Source of the DNA: Eledone cirrhosa
Lineage: Eukaryota
Length of the DNA stretch: 64,000 nt
Assembly: GCA_964016885.1 (NCBI GenBank)
Contig: OZ024743.1
Location: forward strand, 356,066,001-356,130,000
Direction of reading: 5' to 3'
The position numbers and the translations under genes were made by a program. Position 1 is the stretch's first letter, and each line of letters starts with the position of its first letter. A model generated the notes under the pieces. It was not told where the DNA came from. It did no database searches and was given only the letters and a program-made list of their open reading frames with translations. Below are positions 1 to 15,000 of this stretch, in pieces.

Positions 1-3000
1 TGGAGGGTGACAATGGTAACTGTGTGGTGGTGGTGGTGGTGGAGGGTGACAATGCTAACTGTGTAATGGTGGTGGTGGAGGGTGACAATGCTAACTGTGT
101 AATGGTGGTGGTGGTGGAGGGTGACAATGGTAACTGTGTAATGGTGGTGGTGGAGGGTGACAATGCTAACTGTGTAATGGTGGTGGAGGGTGACAATGGT
201 AACTGTGTAATGGTGGTGGTGGTGGAGGGTGACAATGCTAACTGTGTAATGGTGGTGGTGGTGGAGGGTGACAATGGTAACTGTGTAATGGTGGTGGTGG
301 TGGTGGAGGGTGACAATGGTAACTGTGTAATGGTGGTGGTGGTGGTGGGTGACAATGGTAACTGTGAAATGGTGGTGGTGGTGGAGGGTGACAATGGTAA
401 CTGTGTAATGGTGGTGGTGGAGGGTGACAATGCTAACTGTGTAATGGTGGTGGTGGTGGAGGGTGACAATGCTAACTGTGTAATGGTGGTGGTGGTGGAG
501 GGTGACAATGGTAACTGTGTAATGGTGGTGGTGGTGGTGGGTGACAATGGTAACTGTGAAATGGTGTTGGTGGTGGAGGATGACAATGGTAACTGTGTAA
601 TGGTGGTGGTGGTGGTGGGTGACAATGCTAACTGTGTAATGGTGGTGGTGGTGGAGGGTGACAATGCTAACTGTGTAATGGTGGTGGTGGTGGAGGGTGA
701 CAATGGTAACTGTGTAATGGTGGTGGTGGTGGTGGGTGACAATGGTAACTGTGAAATGGTGGTGGTGGTGGAGGGTGACAATGGTAACTGTGTAATGGTG
801 GTGGTGGTGGGTGACAATGGTAACTGTGTAATGGTGGTGGTGGTGGTGGAGGGTGACAATGGTAACTGTGTAATGGTGGTGGTGGTGGTGGTGGGTGACA
901 ATGGTAACTGTGAAATGGTGGTGGTGGTGGAAGGGTGACAATGGTAACTGTGTAATGGTGGTGGTGGTGGGTGACAATGGTAACTGTGTAATGGTGGTAG
1001 TGGTGGTGGTGGGTGACAATGGTAACTGTGAAATGGTGGTGGTGGTGGAGGGTGACAATGGTAACTGTGAAATGGCGGTGGTGGTGGTGGAGGGTGACAA
1101 TGGTAACTGTGTAATGGTGGTGGTGGTGGTGGAGGGTGACAATGGTAACTGTGTAATGGTGGTGATGGTGGGTGACAATGGTAACTGTGAAATGGTGGTG
1201 ATGGTGGAGGGTGACAATGGTAACTGTGAAATGGTGGTGGTGGTGGTGGAGGGTGACAATGGTAACTGTGTAATGGTGGTGGTGGGTGACAATGGTAACT
1301 GTGTGGTGGTGGTGGTGGAGGGTGACAATGGTAACTGTGTAATGGTGGTGGTGGTGGGTGACAATGGTAACTGTGTAATGGTGGTGGGTGACAATGGTAA
1401 CTGTGAAATGGTGGTGGTGGTGGAGGGTGACAATGGTAACTGTGTAATGGTGGTGGTGGTGGGTGACAATGGTAACTGTGTAATGGTGGTGGTGGTGGTG
1501 GTGGGTGACAATGCTAACTGTGTAATGGTGGTGGTGGTGGTGGTGGTTGGTGACAATGGTAACTGTGAAATGGTGGTGGTGGTGGAGGGTGACAATGGTA
1601 ACTGTGTAATGGTGGTGGTGGTGGTGGTGGGTGACAATGGTAACTGTGTAATGGTGGTGGTGGTGGGTGACAATGGTAACTGTGAAATGGTGGTGGTGGT
1701 GGAGGGTGACAATGGTAACTGTGTAATGGTGGTGGTGGAGGGTGACAATGGTAACTGTGTAATGGTGGTGGTGGTGGTGGTGGGTGACAATGGTAACTGT
1801 GAAATGGTGGTGGTGGTGGAGGGTGACAATGGTAACTGTGAAATGGTGGTGGTGGTGGTGAGGGTGACAATGGTAACTGTGTAATGGTGGTGGAGGGTGA
1901 CAATGGTAACTGTGTAATGGTGGTGGTGGGTGACAATGGTAACTGTGAAATGGTGGTGGTGGTGGAGGGTGACAATGGTAACTGTGTAATGGTGGTGGTG
2001 GTGGAGGGTGACAATGCTAACTGTGTAATGGTGGTGGAGGGTGACAATGGTAACTGTGTAATGGTGGTGGTGGTGGAGGGTGACAATGCTAACTGTGTAA
2101 TGGTGGTGGAGGGTGACAATGGTAACTGTGTAATGGTGGTGGTGGTGGAGGGTGACAATGGTAACTGTGTAATGGTGGTCGTGGTGGTGGAGGGTGACAA
2201 TACTAACTGTGTAATGGTGGTGGTGGTGGAGGGTGACAATGGTAACTGTGTAATGGTGGTGGTGGTGGAGGGTGACAATGGTAACTGTGTAATGGTGGTG
2301 GTGGTGGAGGGTGACAATGCTAACTGTGTAATGGTGGTGGTGGTGGAGGGTGACAATGCTAACTGTGTAATGGTGGTGGTGGGTGACAATGGTAACTGTG
2401 TAATGGTGGTGGTGGTGGAGGGTGACAATGCTAACTGTGTAATGGTGGTGGTGGTAGAGGGTGACAATGCTAACTGTGTAATGGTGGTGGTGTTGGAGGG
2501 TGACAATGGTAACTGTGTAATGGTGGTGGTGGTGGTAGAGGGTGACAATGGTAACTGTGTAATGGTGGTGGTGGTGGTGGGTGACAATGGTAACTGTGAA
2601 ATGGTGGTGGTGGTGGAGGGTGACAATGGTAACTGTGTAATGGTGGTGGTGGAGGGTGACAATGCTGTGTAATGGTGGTGGTGGTGGAGGGTGACAATGC
2701 TAACTGTGTAATGGTGGTGGTGGTGGAGGGTGACAATGGTAACTGTGTAATGGTGGTGGTGGTGGTGGGTGACAATGGTAACTGTGAAATGGTGGTAGTG
2801 GTGGACGGTGACAATGGTAACTGTGTAATGGTGGTGGTGGTGGTGGGTGACAATGCTAACTGTGTAATGGTGGTGGTGGTGGAGGGTGACAATGCTAACT
2901 GTGTAATGGTGGTGGTGGTGGAGGGTGACAATGGTAACTGTGTAATGGTGGTGGGTGACAATGGTAACTGTGAAATGGTAGTGGTGGTGGAGGGTGACAA

Positions 3001-6000
3001 TGGTAACTGTGTAATGGTGGTGGTGGTGGGTGACAATGGTAACTGTGTAATGGTGGTGGTGGTGGTGGAGGGTGACAATGGTAACTGTGTAATGGTGGTG
3101 GTGGTGGTGGTGGGTGACAATGGTAACTGTGAAATGGTGGTGGTGGTGGAGGGTGACAATGGTAACTGTGTAATGGTGGTGGTGGTGGGTGACAATGGTA
3201 ACTGTGTAATGGTGGTGGTGGTGGTGGTGGGTGACAATGGTAACTGTGAAATGGTGGTGGTGGTGGAGGGTGACAATGGTAACTGTGAAATGGTGGTGGT
3301 GGAGGGTGACAATGGTAACTGTGTAATGGTGGTGGTGGTGGGTGACAATGGTAACTGTGTAATGGTGGTGGTGGTGGAGGGTGACAATGCTAACTGTGTA
3401 ATGGTGGTGGTGGTGGAGGGTGACAATGCTGTGTAATGGTGGTGGTGGTGGAGGGTGACAATGCTAACTGTGTAATGGTGGTGGTGGTGGTGGGTGACAA
3501 TGGTAACTGTGTAATGGTGGTGGTGGTGGTGGGTGACAATGGTAACTGTGAAATGGTGGTGGTGGTGGAGGATGACAATGGTAACTGTGTAATGGTGGTG
3601 GTGGTGGTGGGTGACAATGCTAACTGTGTAATGGTGGTGGTGGTGGAGGGTGACAATGCTAACTGTGTAATGGTGGTGGTGGTGGAGGGTGACAATGGTA
3701 ACTGTGTAATGGTGGTGGTGGTGGTGGGTGACAATGGTAACTGTGAAATGGTGGTGGTGGTGGAGGGTGACAATGGTAACTGTGAAATGGTGTTGGTGGT
3801 GGAGGATGACAATGGTAACTGTGTAATGGTGGTGGTGGTGGTGGGTGACAATGCTAACTGTGTAATGGTGGTGGTGGTGGAGGGTGACAATGCTAACTGT
3901 GTAATGGTGGTGGTGGTGGAGGGTGACAATGGTAACTGTGTAATGGTGGTGGTGGTGGTGGGTGACAATGGTAACTGTGAAATGGTGGTGGTGGTGGAGG
4001 GTGACAATGGTAACTGTGTAATGGTGGTGGTGGTGGGTGACAATGGTAACTGTGTAATGGTGGTGGTGGTGGTGGAGGGTGACAATGGTAACTGTGTAAT
4101 GGTGGTGGTGGTGGTGGTGGGTGACAATGGTAACTGTGAAATGGTGGTGGTGGTGGAAGGGTGACAATGGTAACTGTGTAATGGTGGTGGTGGTGGGTGA
4201 CAATGGTAACTGTGTAATGGTGGTAGTGGTGGTGGTGGGTGACAATGGTAACTGTGAAATGGTGGTGGTGGTGGAGGGTGACAATGGTAACTGTGAAATG
4301 GTGGTGGTGGTGGTGGAGGGTGACAATGGTAACTGTGTAATGGTGGTGGTGGAGGGTGACAATGGTAACTGTGTAATGGTGGTGGTGGTGGGTGACAATG
4401 GTAACTGTGAAATGGTGGTGATGGTGGAGGGTGACAATGGTAACTGTGAAATGGTGGTGGTGGTGGTGGAGGGTGACAATGGTAACTGTGTAATGGTGGT
4501 GGTGGGTGACAATGGTAACTGTGTGGTGGTGGTGGTGGAGGGTGACAATGGTAACTGTGTAATGGTGGTGGTGGTGGGTGACAATGGTAACTGTGTAATG
4601 GTGGTGGGTGACAATGGTAACTGTGAAATGGTGGTGGTGGTGGAGGGTGACAATGGTAACTGTGTAATGGTGGTGGTGGTGGGTGACAATGGTAACTGTG
4701 TAATGGTGGTGGTGGTGGTGGTGGGTGACAATGCTAACTGTGTAATGGTGGTGGTGGTGGTGGTGGTTGGTGACAATGGTAACTGTGAAATGTTGGTGGT
4801 GGTGGAGGGTGACAATGGTAACTGTGTAATGGTGGTGGTGGTGGGTGACAATGGTAACTGTGTAATGGTGGTGGTGGTGGGTGACAATGGTAACTGTGAA
4901 ATGGTGGTGGTGGTGGAGGGTGACAATGGTAACTGTGTAATGGTGGTGGTGGAGGGTGACAATGGTAACTGTGTAATGGTGGTGGTGGTGGTGGTGGGTG
5001 ACAATGGTAACTGTGAAATGGTGGTGGTGGTGGAGGGTGACAATGGTAACTGTGAAATGGTGGTGGTGGTGGTGAGGGTGACAATGGTAACTGTGTAATG
5101 GTGGTGGAGGGTGACAATGGTAACTGTGTAATGGTGGTGGTGGGTGACAATGGTAACTGTGAAATGGTGGTGGTGGTGGAGGGTGACAATGGTAACTGTG
5201 TAATGGTGGTGGTGGTGGAGGGTGACAATGCTAACTGTGTAATGGTGGTGGAGGGTGACAATGGTAACTGTGTAATGGTGGTGGTGGTGGAGGGTGACAA
5301 TGCTAACTGTGTAATGGTGGTGGTGGTGGAGGGTGACAATGGTAACTGTGTAATGGTGGTGGTGGTGGAGGGTGACAATGGTAACTGTGTAATGGTGGTC
5401 GTGGTGGTGGAGGGTGACAATACTAACTGTGTAATGGTGGTGGTGGTGGAGGGTGACAATGGTAACTGTGTAATGGTGGTGGTGGTGGAGGGTGACAATG
5501 GTAACTGTGTAATGGTGGTGGTGGTGGAGGGTGACAATGCTAACTGTGTAATGGTGGTGGTGGTGGAGGGTGACAATGCTAACTGTGTAATGGTGGTGGT
5601 GGGTGACAATGGTAACTGTGTAATGGTGGTGGTGGTGGAGGGTGACAATGCTAACTGTGTAATGGTGGTGGTGGTGGAGGGTGACAATGCTAACTGTGTA
5701 ATGGTGGTGGTGTTGGAGGGTGACAATGGTAACTGTGTAATGGTGGTGGTGGTGGTGGAGGGTGACAATGGTAACTGTGTAATGGTGGTGGTGGTGGTGG
5801 GTGACAATGGTAACTGTGAAATGGTGGTGGTGGTGGAGGGTGACAATGGTAACTGTGTAATGGTGGTGGTGGAGGGTGACAATGCTGTGTAATGGTGGTG
5901 GTGGTGGAGGGTGACAATGCTAACTGTGTAATGGTGGTGGTGGTGGAGGGTGACAATGGTAACTGTGTAATGGTGGTGGTGGTGGTGGGTGACAATGGTA

Positions 6001-9000
6001 ACTGTGAAATGGTGGTGGTGGTGGACGGTGACAATGGTAACTGTGTAATGGTGGTGGTGGTGGTGGGTGACAATGCTAACTGTGTAATGGTGGTGGTGGT
6101 GGAGGGTGACAATGCTAACTGTGTAATGGTGGTGGTGGTGGAGGGTGACAATGGTAACTGTGTAATGGTGGGGGGTGACAATGGTAACTGTGAAATGGTA
6201 GTGGTGGTGGAGGGTGACAATGGTATCTGTGTAATGGTGGTGGTGGTGGGTGACAATGGTAACTGTGTAATGGTGGTGGTGGTGGTGGAGGGTGACAATG
6301 GTAACTGTGTAATGGTGGTGGTGGTGGTGGTGGGTGACAATGGTAACTGTGAAATGGTGGTGGTGGTGGAGGGTGACAATGGTAACTGTGTAATGGTGGT
6401 GGTGGTGGGTGACAATGGTAACTGTGTAATGGTGGTGGTGGTGGTGGTGGGTGACAATGGTAACTGTGAAATGGTGGTGGTGGTGGAGGGTGACAATGGT
6501 AACTGTGAAATGGTGGTGGTGGAGGGTGACAATGGTAACTGTGTAATGGTGGTGGTGGTGGGTGACAATGGTAACTGTGTAATGGTGGTGGTGGTGGAGG
6601 GTGACAATGCTAACTGTGTAATGGTGGTGGAGGGTGACAATGGTAACTGTGTAATGGTGGTGGAGGGTGACAATGGTAACTGTGTAATGGTGGTGGTGGT
6701 GGTGGTGGGTGACAATGGTAACTGTGTAATGGTGGTGGTGGTGGAGGGTGACAATGGTAACTGTGTAATGGTGGTGGTGGTGGTGGTGGTGGGTGACAAT
6801 GGTAACTGTGTAATGGTGGTGGTGGTGGAGGGTGACAATGGTAACTGTGTAATGGTGGTGGTGGTGGTGGTGGAGGGTGACAATGCTAACTGTGTAATGG
6901 TGGTGGTGGTGGAGGGTGACAATGGTAACTGTGTAATGGTGGTGGTGGTGGTGGAGGGTGACACTGCTAACTGTGTAATGGTGGTGGTGGTGGAGGGTGA
7001 CAATGCTAACTGTGTAATGGTGATGGTGGTGGAGGGTGACACTGCTAACTGTGTAATGGTGGTGGTGGGTGACAATGGTAACTGTGAAATGGTGGTGGTG
7101 GTGGAGGGTGACAATGGTAACTGTGTAATGGTGGTGGTGGTGGTGGTGGGTGACAATGGTAACTGTGTAATGGTGGTGGTGGTGGTGGGTGATAATGGTA
7201 ACTGTGTGCTGGTGGTGGTGGTGGAGGGTGACAATGCTAACTGTGTAATGGTGGTGGTGGTGGTGGTGGTGGGTGACAATGCTAACTGTGTAATGGTGGT
7301 GGTGGTGGTGGAGGGTGATAATGGTAACTATGTAGTGGTGGTGGTGGTGGGTGACAATGGTAACTGTGTAATGGTGGTGGTGGTGGAGGGTGACACTGCT
7401 AACTGTGTAATGGTGGTGGAGGGTGACAATGCTAACTGTGTAATGGTGGTGGTGGTGGAGGGTGACACTGCTAACTGTGTAATGGTGGTGGTGGTGGAGG
7501 GTGACACTGCTAACTGTGTAATGGTGGTGGTGGTGGAGGCTGACAATGCTAACTGTGTAATGGTGGTGGTGGGTGACAATGGTAACTGTGTAATGGTGGT
7601 GGTGGTGGGTGACAATGGTAACTGTGTAATGGTGGTGGTGGTGGAGGGTGACACTGCTAACTGTGTAATGGTGGTGGTGGTGGTGGAGGGTGACAATGGT
7701 GACTGTGTAATGGGGGTGGTGGTGCAGGGTGACAATGGTAACTGTGTAATGGTGGTGGTGGTGGGTGACAATGGTAACTGTGTAATGGTGGTGGTGGTGG
7801 TGGAGGGTGACAATGGTAACTGTGTAATGGTGGTGGTGGTGGTGGAGGGTGACAATGCTAACTGTGTAATGGTGGTGGTGGTGGTGGTGGGTGACAATGG
7901 TAACTGTGTAATGGTGGTGGTGGTGGTGGAGGGTGACAATGGTAACTGTGTAATGGTGGTGGTGGTGGTGGAGTGTGACAATGCTAACTGTGTAATGGTG
8001 GTGGTGGTGGTGGTGGGTGACAATGCTAACTGTGTAATGGTGGTGGTGGGTGACAATGCTAACTGTGTAATGGTGGTGGTGGTGGTGGGGGGTGACAATG
8101 CTAACTGTGTAATGGTGGTGGTGGTGGAGGGTGACAATGGTAACTGTGTAATGGTGGTGGTGGTGGTGGAGGGTGACAATACTAACTGTGTGGTGGTGGT
8201 GGAGGGTGACAATGCTAACTGTGTAATGGTGGTGGTGGTGGTGGGTGACAATGGTAACTGTGTGGTGGTGGTGGTGGTGGTGGGTGACAATGGTAACTGT
8301 GTGGTGGTGGTGGTGGTGGAGGGTGACAATGGTAACTGTGTAATGGTGGTGGTGGTGGAGGGTGACAATGGTAACTGTGTAATGGTGGTGGTGGTGGTGG
8401 TGGAGGGTGACAATGCTAACTGTGTAATGGTGGTGGTGGTGGAGGAGGGTGACAATGGTAACTGTGTAATGGTGGTGGTGGTGGAGGGTGACAATGGTAA
8501 CTGTGTAATGGTGGTGGTGGAGGGTGACAATGCTAACTATGTGGTGGTGGTGGTGGTGGAGGGTGACAATGCTAACTGTGTAATGGTGGTGGTGGTGGTG
8601 GTCGTGGAGGGTGACAATGGTAACTGTGTAATGGTGGTGGTGGAGGGTGACAATGCTAACTGTGTAATGGTGGTGGTGGGAGGGTGACAATGCTAACTGT
8701 GTGGTGGTGGTGGTGGTGGAGGGTGACAATGCTAACTGTGTAATGGTGGTGGTGGTGGAGGGTGACAATGCTAACTGTGTGGTGGTGGTGGTGGTGGTGG
8801 GTGACAATGCTAACTATGTAATGGTGGTGGTGGTGGAGGAGGGTGACAATGGTAACTGTGTAATGGTGGTGGTGGTGGTGGAGGGTGACAATGGTAACTG
8901 TGTAATGGTGGTGGTGGAGGGTGACAATGCTAACTGTGTGGTGGTGGTGGTGGTGGAGGGTGACAATGCTAACTGTGTAATGGTGGTGGTGGTGGTGGTG

Positions 9001-12000
9001 GGTGACAATGGTAACTGTGTAATGGTGGTGGTGGTCGTGGAGGGTGACAATGGTAACTGTGTAATGGTGGTGGTGGTGGAGGGTGACAATGGTAACTGTG
9101 TAATGGTGGTGGTGGAGGGTGACAATGCTAACTGTGTGGTGGTGGTGGTGGTGGTGGGTGACAATGCTAACTGTGTAATGGTGGTGGTGGTGGTGGAGGG
9201 TGACAATGCTAACTGTGTAGTGGTGGTGGTGGAGGGTGACAATGGTAACTGTGTAATGGTGGTGGTGGTGGAGGGTGACACTGCTAACTGTGTAGTGGTG
9301 GTGGTGGTGGAGGGTGACAATGGTAACTGTGTAATGGTGGTGGTGGTGGAGGGTGACACTGCTAACTGTGTAATGGTGGTGGTGGTGGTGGAGGGTGACA
9401 ATGCTAACTGTGTAATGGTGGTGGTGGTGGAGGGTGACAATGGTAACTGTGTAATGGTGGTGTTGGTGGTGGAGGGTGACAATGCTAACTGTGTAATGGT
9501 GGTGGTGGTGGTGGAGGGTGACAATGGTAACTGTGTAATGGTGGTGGTGGTGGTGGAGGGTGACAATGCTAACTGTGTAATGGTGGTGGTGGTGGGTGAC
9601 AATGGTAACTGTGTGGTGGTGGTGGTGGTGGTGGAGGGTGACAACGGTAACTGTGTGGTGGTGGTGGTGGTGGTGGTGGTGGAGGGTGACAACGGTAACT
9701 GTGTAATGGTGGTGGAGGGTGATAATGGTAACTGTGTAATGGTGGTGGTGGGTGACAATGGTAACTGTGTAATGGTGGTGGTGGTGGAGGGTGACAATGC
9801 TAACTGTGTAATGGTGGTGGTGGTGGAGGGTGACAATGGTAACTGTGTGGTGGTGGTGGTGGAGGGTGACAATGCTAACTGTGTAATGGTGGTGGTGGTG
9901 GTGGTGGGTGACAATGGTAACTGTGAAATGGTGGTGGTGGTGGAGGGTGACAATGGTAACTGTGTAATGGTGGTGGTGGTGGGTGACAATGGTAACTGTG
10001 TAATGGTGGTGGTGGTGATGGTGGGTGACAATGGTAACTGTGAAATGGTGGTGGTGGTGGAGGGTGACAATGGTAACTGTGAAATGGTGGTGGTGGTGGT
10101 GGAGGGTGACAATGGTAACTGTGTAATGGTGGTGGAGGGTGACAATGGTAACTGTGTAATGGTGGTGGTGGTGGGTGACAATGGTAACTGTGAAATGGTG
10201 GTGATGGTGGAGGGTGACAATGGTAACTGTGAAATGGTGGTGGTGGTGGTGGAGGGTGACAATGGTAACTGTGTAATGGTGGTGGTGGGTGACAATGGTA
10301 ACTGTGTGGTGGTGGTGGTGGAGGGTGACAATGGTAACTGTGTAATGGTGGTGGTGGTGGGTGACAATGGTAACTGTGTAATGGTGGTGGTGGTGGTGGT
10401 GGGTGACAATGGTAACTGTGTAATGGTGGTGGTGGTGGTGGTGGTTGGTGACAATGGTAACTGTGAAATGGTGGTGGTGGTGGAGGGTGACAATGGTAAC
10501 TGTGTAATGGTGGTGGTGGTGGTGGTGGGTGACAATGGTAACTGTGTAATGGTGGTGGTGGTGGGTGACAATGGTAACTGTGAAATGGTGGTGGTGGTTG
10601 AGGGTGACAATGGTAACTGTGTAATGGTGGTGGTGGTGGGTGACAATGGTAACTGTGTAATGGTGGTGGTGGTGGTGGTGGGTGACAATGGTAACTGTGA
10701 AATGGTGGTGGTGGTGGAGGGTGACAATGGTAACTGTGAAATGGTGGTGGTGGTGGTGAGGGTGACAATGGTAACTGTGTAATGGTGGTGGAGGGTGACA
10801 ATGGTAACTGTGTAATGGTGGTGGTGGGTGACAATGGTAACTGTGAAATGGTGGTGGTGGTGGAGGGTGACAATGGTAACTGTGTAATGGTGGTGGTGGA
10901 GGGTGACAATGCTAACTGTGTAATGGTGGTGGAGGGTGACAATGGTAACTGTGTAATGGTGGTGGTGGTGGAGGGTGACAATGCTAACTGTGTAATGGTG
11001 GTGGTGGTGGAGGGTGACAATGGTAACTGTGTAATGGTGGTGGTGGTGGAGGGTGACAATGGTAACTGTGTAATGGTGGTGGTGGTGGAGGGTGACAATA
11101 CTAACTGTGTAATGGTGGTGGTGGTGGAGAGTGACAATGGTAACTGTGTAATGGTGGTGGTGGTGGAGGGTGACAATGCTAACTGTGTAATGGTGTTGGT
11201 GGTGGAGGGTGACAATGCTAACTGTGTAATGGTGGTGGAGGGTGACAATGGTAACTGTGAAATGGTGGTGGTGGTGGAGGGTGACAATGGTAACTGTGTA
11301 ATGGTGGTGGTGGAGGGTGACAATGGTAACTGTGTAATGGTGGTGGTGGTGGAGGGTGACAATGCTGTGTAATGGTGGTGGTGGTGGAGGGTGACAATGC
11401 TAACTGTGTAATGGTGGTGGTGGTGGTGGGTGACAATGGTAACTGTGTAATGGTGGTGGTGGTGGTGGGTGACAATGGTAACTGTGAAATGGTGGTGGTG
11501 GTGGAGGATGACAATGGTAACTGTGTAATGGTGGTGGTGGTGGTGGGTGACAATGCTAACTGTGTAATGGTGGTGGTGGTGGAGGGTGACAATGCTAACT
11601 GTGTAATGGTGGTGGTGGTGGAGGGTGACAATGGTAACTGTGTAATGGTGGTGGTGGTGGTGGGTGACAATGGTAACTGTGAAATGGTGGTGGTGGTGGA
11701 GGGTGACAATGGTAACTGTGTAATGGTGGTGGTGGTGGGTGACAATGGTAACTGTGTAATGGTGGTGGTGGTGGTGGAGGGTGACAATGGTAACTGTGTA
11801 ATGGTGGTGGTGGTGGTGGAGGGTGACAATGGTAACTGTGTAATGGTGGTGGTGGTGGTGGTGGGTGACAATGGTAACTGTGAAATGGTGGTGGTGGTGG
11901 AGGGTGACAATGGTAACTGTGTAATGGTGGTGGTGGTGGGTGACAATGGTAACTGTGTAATGGTGGTGGTGGTGATGGTGGGTGACAATGGTAACTGTGA

Positions 12001-15000
12001 AATGGTGGTGGTGGTGGAGGGTGACAATGGTAACTGTGAAATGGTGGTGGTGGTGGTGGAGGGTGACAATGGTAACTGTGTAATGGTGGTGGAGGGTGAC
12101 AATGGTAACTGTGTAATGGTGGTGGTGGTGGGTGACAATGGTAACTGTGTAATGGTGGTGGTGGTGGGTGACAATGGTAACTGTGAAATGGTGGTGATGG
12201 TGGAGGGTGACAATGGTAACTGTGAAATGGTGGTGGTGGTGGTGGAGGGTGACAATGGTAACTGTGTAATGGTGGTGGTGGGTGACAATGGTAACTGTGT
12301 GGTGGTGGTGGTGGAGGGTGACAATGGTAACTGTGTAATGGTGGTGGTGGTGGGTGACAATGGTAACTGTGTAATGGTGGTGGGTGACAATGGTAACTGT
12401 GAAATGGTGGTGGTGGTGGAGGGTGACAATGGTAACTGTGTAATGGTGGTGGTGGTGGGTGACAATGGTAACTGTGTAATGGTGGTGGTGGTGGGTGACA
12501 ATGGTAACTGTGTAATTGTGGTGGTGGTGGTGGTGGTTGGTGACAATGGTAACTGTGAAATGGTGGTGGTGGTGGAGGGTGACAATGGTAACTGTGTAAT
12601 GGTGGTGGTGGTGGTGGTGGGTGACAATGGTAACTGTGTAATGGTGGTGGTGGTGGGTGACAATGGTAACTGTGAAATGGTGGTGGTGGTTGAGGGTGAC
12701 AATGGTAACTGTGTAATGGTGGTGGTGGTGGGTGACAATGGTAACTGTGTAATGGTGGTGGTGGTGGAGGGTGACAATGGTAACTGTGAAATGGTGGTGG
12801 TGGTGGTGAGGGTGACAATGGTAACTGTGTAATGGTGGTGGAGGGTGACAATGGTAACTGTGTAATGGTGGTGGTGGGTGACAATGGTAACTGTGAAATG
12901 GTGGTGGTGGTGGAGGGTGACAATGGTAACTGTGTAATGGTGGTGGTGGAGGGTGACAATGCTAACTGTGTAATGGTGGTGGTGGTGGAGGGTGACAATG
13001 GTAACTGTGTAATGGTGGTGGTGGTGGAGGGTGACAATGGTAACTGTGTAATGGTGGTCGTGGTGGTGGAGGGTGACAATACTAACTGTGTAATGGTGGT
13101 GGTGGTGGAGGGTGACAATGGTAACTGTGTAATGGTGGTGGTGGTGGAGGGTGACAATGGTAACTGTGTAATGGTGGTGGTGGTGGAGGGTGACAATGCT
13201 AACTGTGTAATGGTGGTGGTGGTGGAAGGTGACAATGCTAACTGTGTAATGGTGGTGGTAGGTTACAATGGTAACTGTGTAATGGTGGTGGTGGTGGAGG
13301 GTGACAATGCTAACTGTGTAATGGTGGTGGAGGGTGACAATGCTAACTGTGTAATGGTGGTGGAGGGTGACAATGGTAACTGTGTAATGGTGGTGGTGGA
13401 GGGTGACAATGGTAACTGTGTAATGGTGGTGGTGGTGGTGGGTGACAATGGTAACTGTGAAATGGTGGTGGTGGTGGAGGGTGACAATGGTAACTGTGTA
13501 ATGGTGGTGGTGGTGGAGGGTGACAATGCTAACTGTGTAATGGTGGTGGTGGTGGAGGGTGACAATGCTAACTGTGTAATGGTGGTGGTGGTGGAGGGTG
13601 ACAATGGTAACTGTGTAATGGTGGTGGTGGTGGTGGGTGACAATGGTAACTGTGAAATGGTGGTGGTGGTGGAGGGTGACAATGGTAACTGTGTAATGGT
13701 GGTGGTGGTGGTGGGTGACAATGCTAACTGTGTAATGGTGGTGGTGGTGGAGGGTGACAATGCTAACTGTGTAATGGTGGTGGTGGTGGAGGGTGACAAT
13801 GGTAACTGTGTAATGGTGGTGGTGGTGGTGGGTGACAATGGTAACTGTGAAATGGTAGTGGTGGTGGAGGGTGACAATGCTAACTGTGTGGTGGTGGTGG
13901 TGGTGGTGGGTGACAATGGTAACTGTGTAATGGTGGTGGTGGTGGAGGGTGACAATGGTAACTGTGTAATGGTGGTGGTGGTGGGTGACAATGGTAACTG
14001 TGAAATGGTGGTGGTGGTGGAGGGTGACAATGGTAACTGTGTAATGGTGGTGGTGGTGGGTGACAATGGTAACTGTGTAATGGTGGTGGTGGTGGTGGAG
14101 GGTGACAATGGTAACTGTGAAATGGTGGTGGTGGTGGAGGGTGACAATGGTAACTGTGAAATGGTGGTGGTGGAGGGTGACAATGGTAACTGTGTAATGG
14201 TGGTGGTGGTGGTGGAGGGTGACAATGGTAACTGTGTAATGGTGGTGGTGGTGGGTGACAATGGTAACTGTGAAATGGTGGTGATGGTGGAGGGTGACAA
14301 TGGTAACTGTGAAATGGTGGTGGTGGTGGTGGAGGGTGACAATGGTAACTGTGTGGTGGTGGTGGTGGAGGGTGACAATGGTAACTGTGTAATGGTGGTG
14401 GTGGTGGGTGACAATGGTAACTGTGTAATGGTGGTGGGTGACAATGGTAACTGTGAAATGGTGGTGGTGGTGGAGGGTGACAATGGTAACTGTGTAATGG
14501 TGGTGGTGGTGGGTGACAATGGTAACTGTGTAATGGTGGTGGTGGTGGTGGTGGGTGACAATGGTAACTGTGAAATGGTGGTGGTGGTGGAGGGTGACAA
14601 TGGTAACTGTGTAATGGTGGTGGTGGTGGTGGTGGGTGACAATGGTAACTGTGTAATGGTGGTGGTGGTGGGTGACAATGGTAACTGTGAAATGGTGGTG
14701 GTGGTGGAGGGTGACAATGGTAACTGTGTAATGGTGGTGGTGGTGGTGGTGGGTGACAATGGTAACTGTGTAATGGTGGTGGTGGTGGTGGTGGGTGACA
14801 ATGGTAACTGTGAAATGGTGGTGGTGGTGGAGGGTGACAATGGTAACTGTGAAATGGTGGTGGTGGTGGTGAGGGTGACAATGGTAACTGTGTAATGGTG
14901 GTGGAGGGTGACAATGGTAACTGTGTAATGGTGGTGGTGGGTGACAATGGTAACTGTGAAATGGTGGTGGTGGTGGAGGGTGACAATGGTAACTGTGTAA

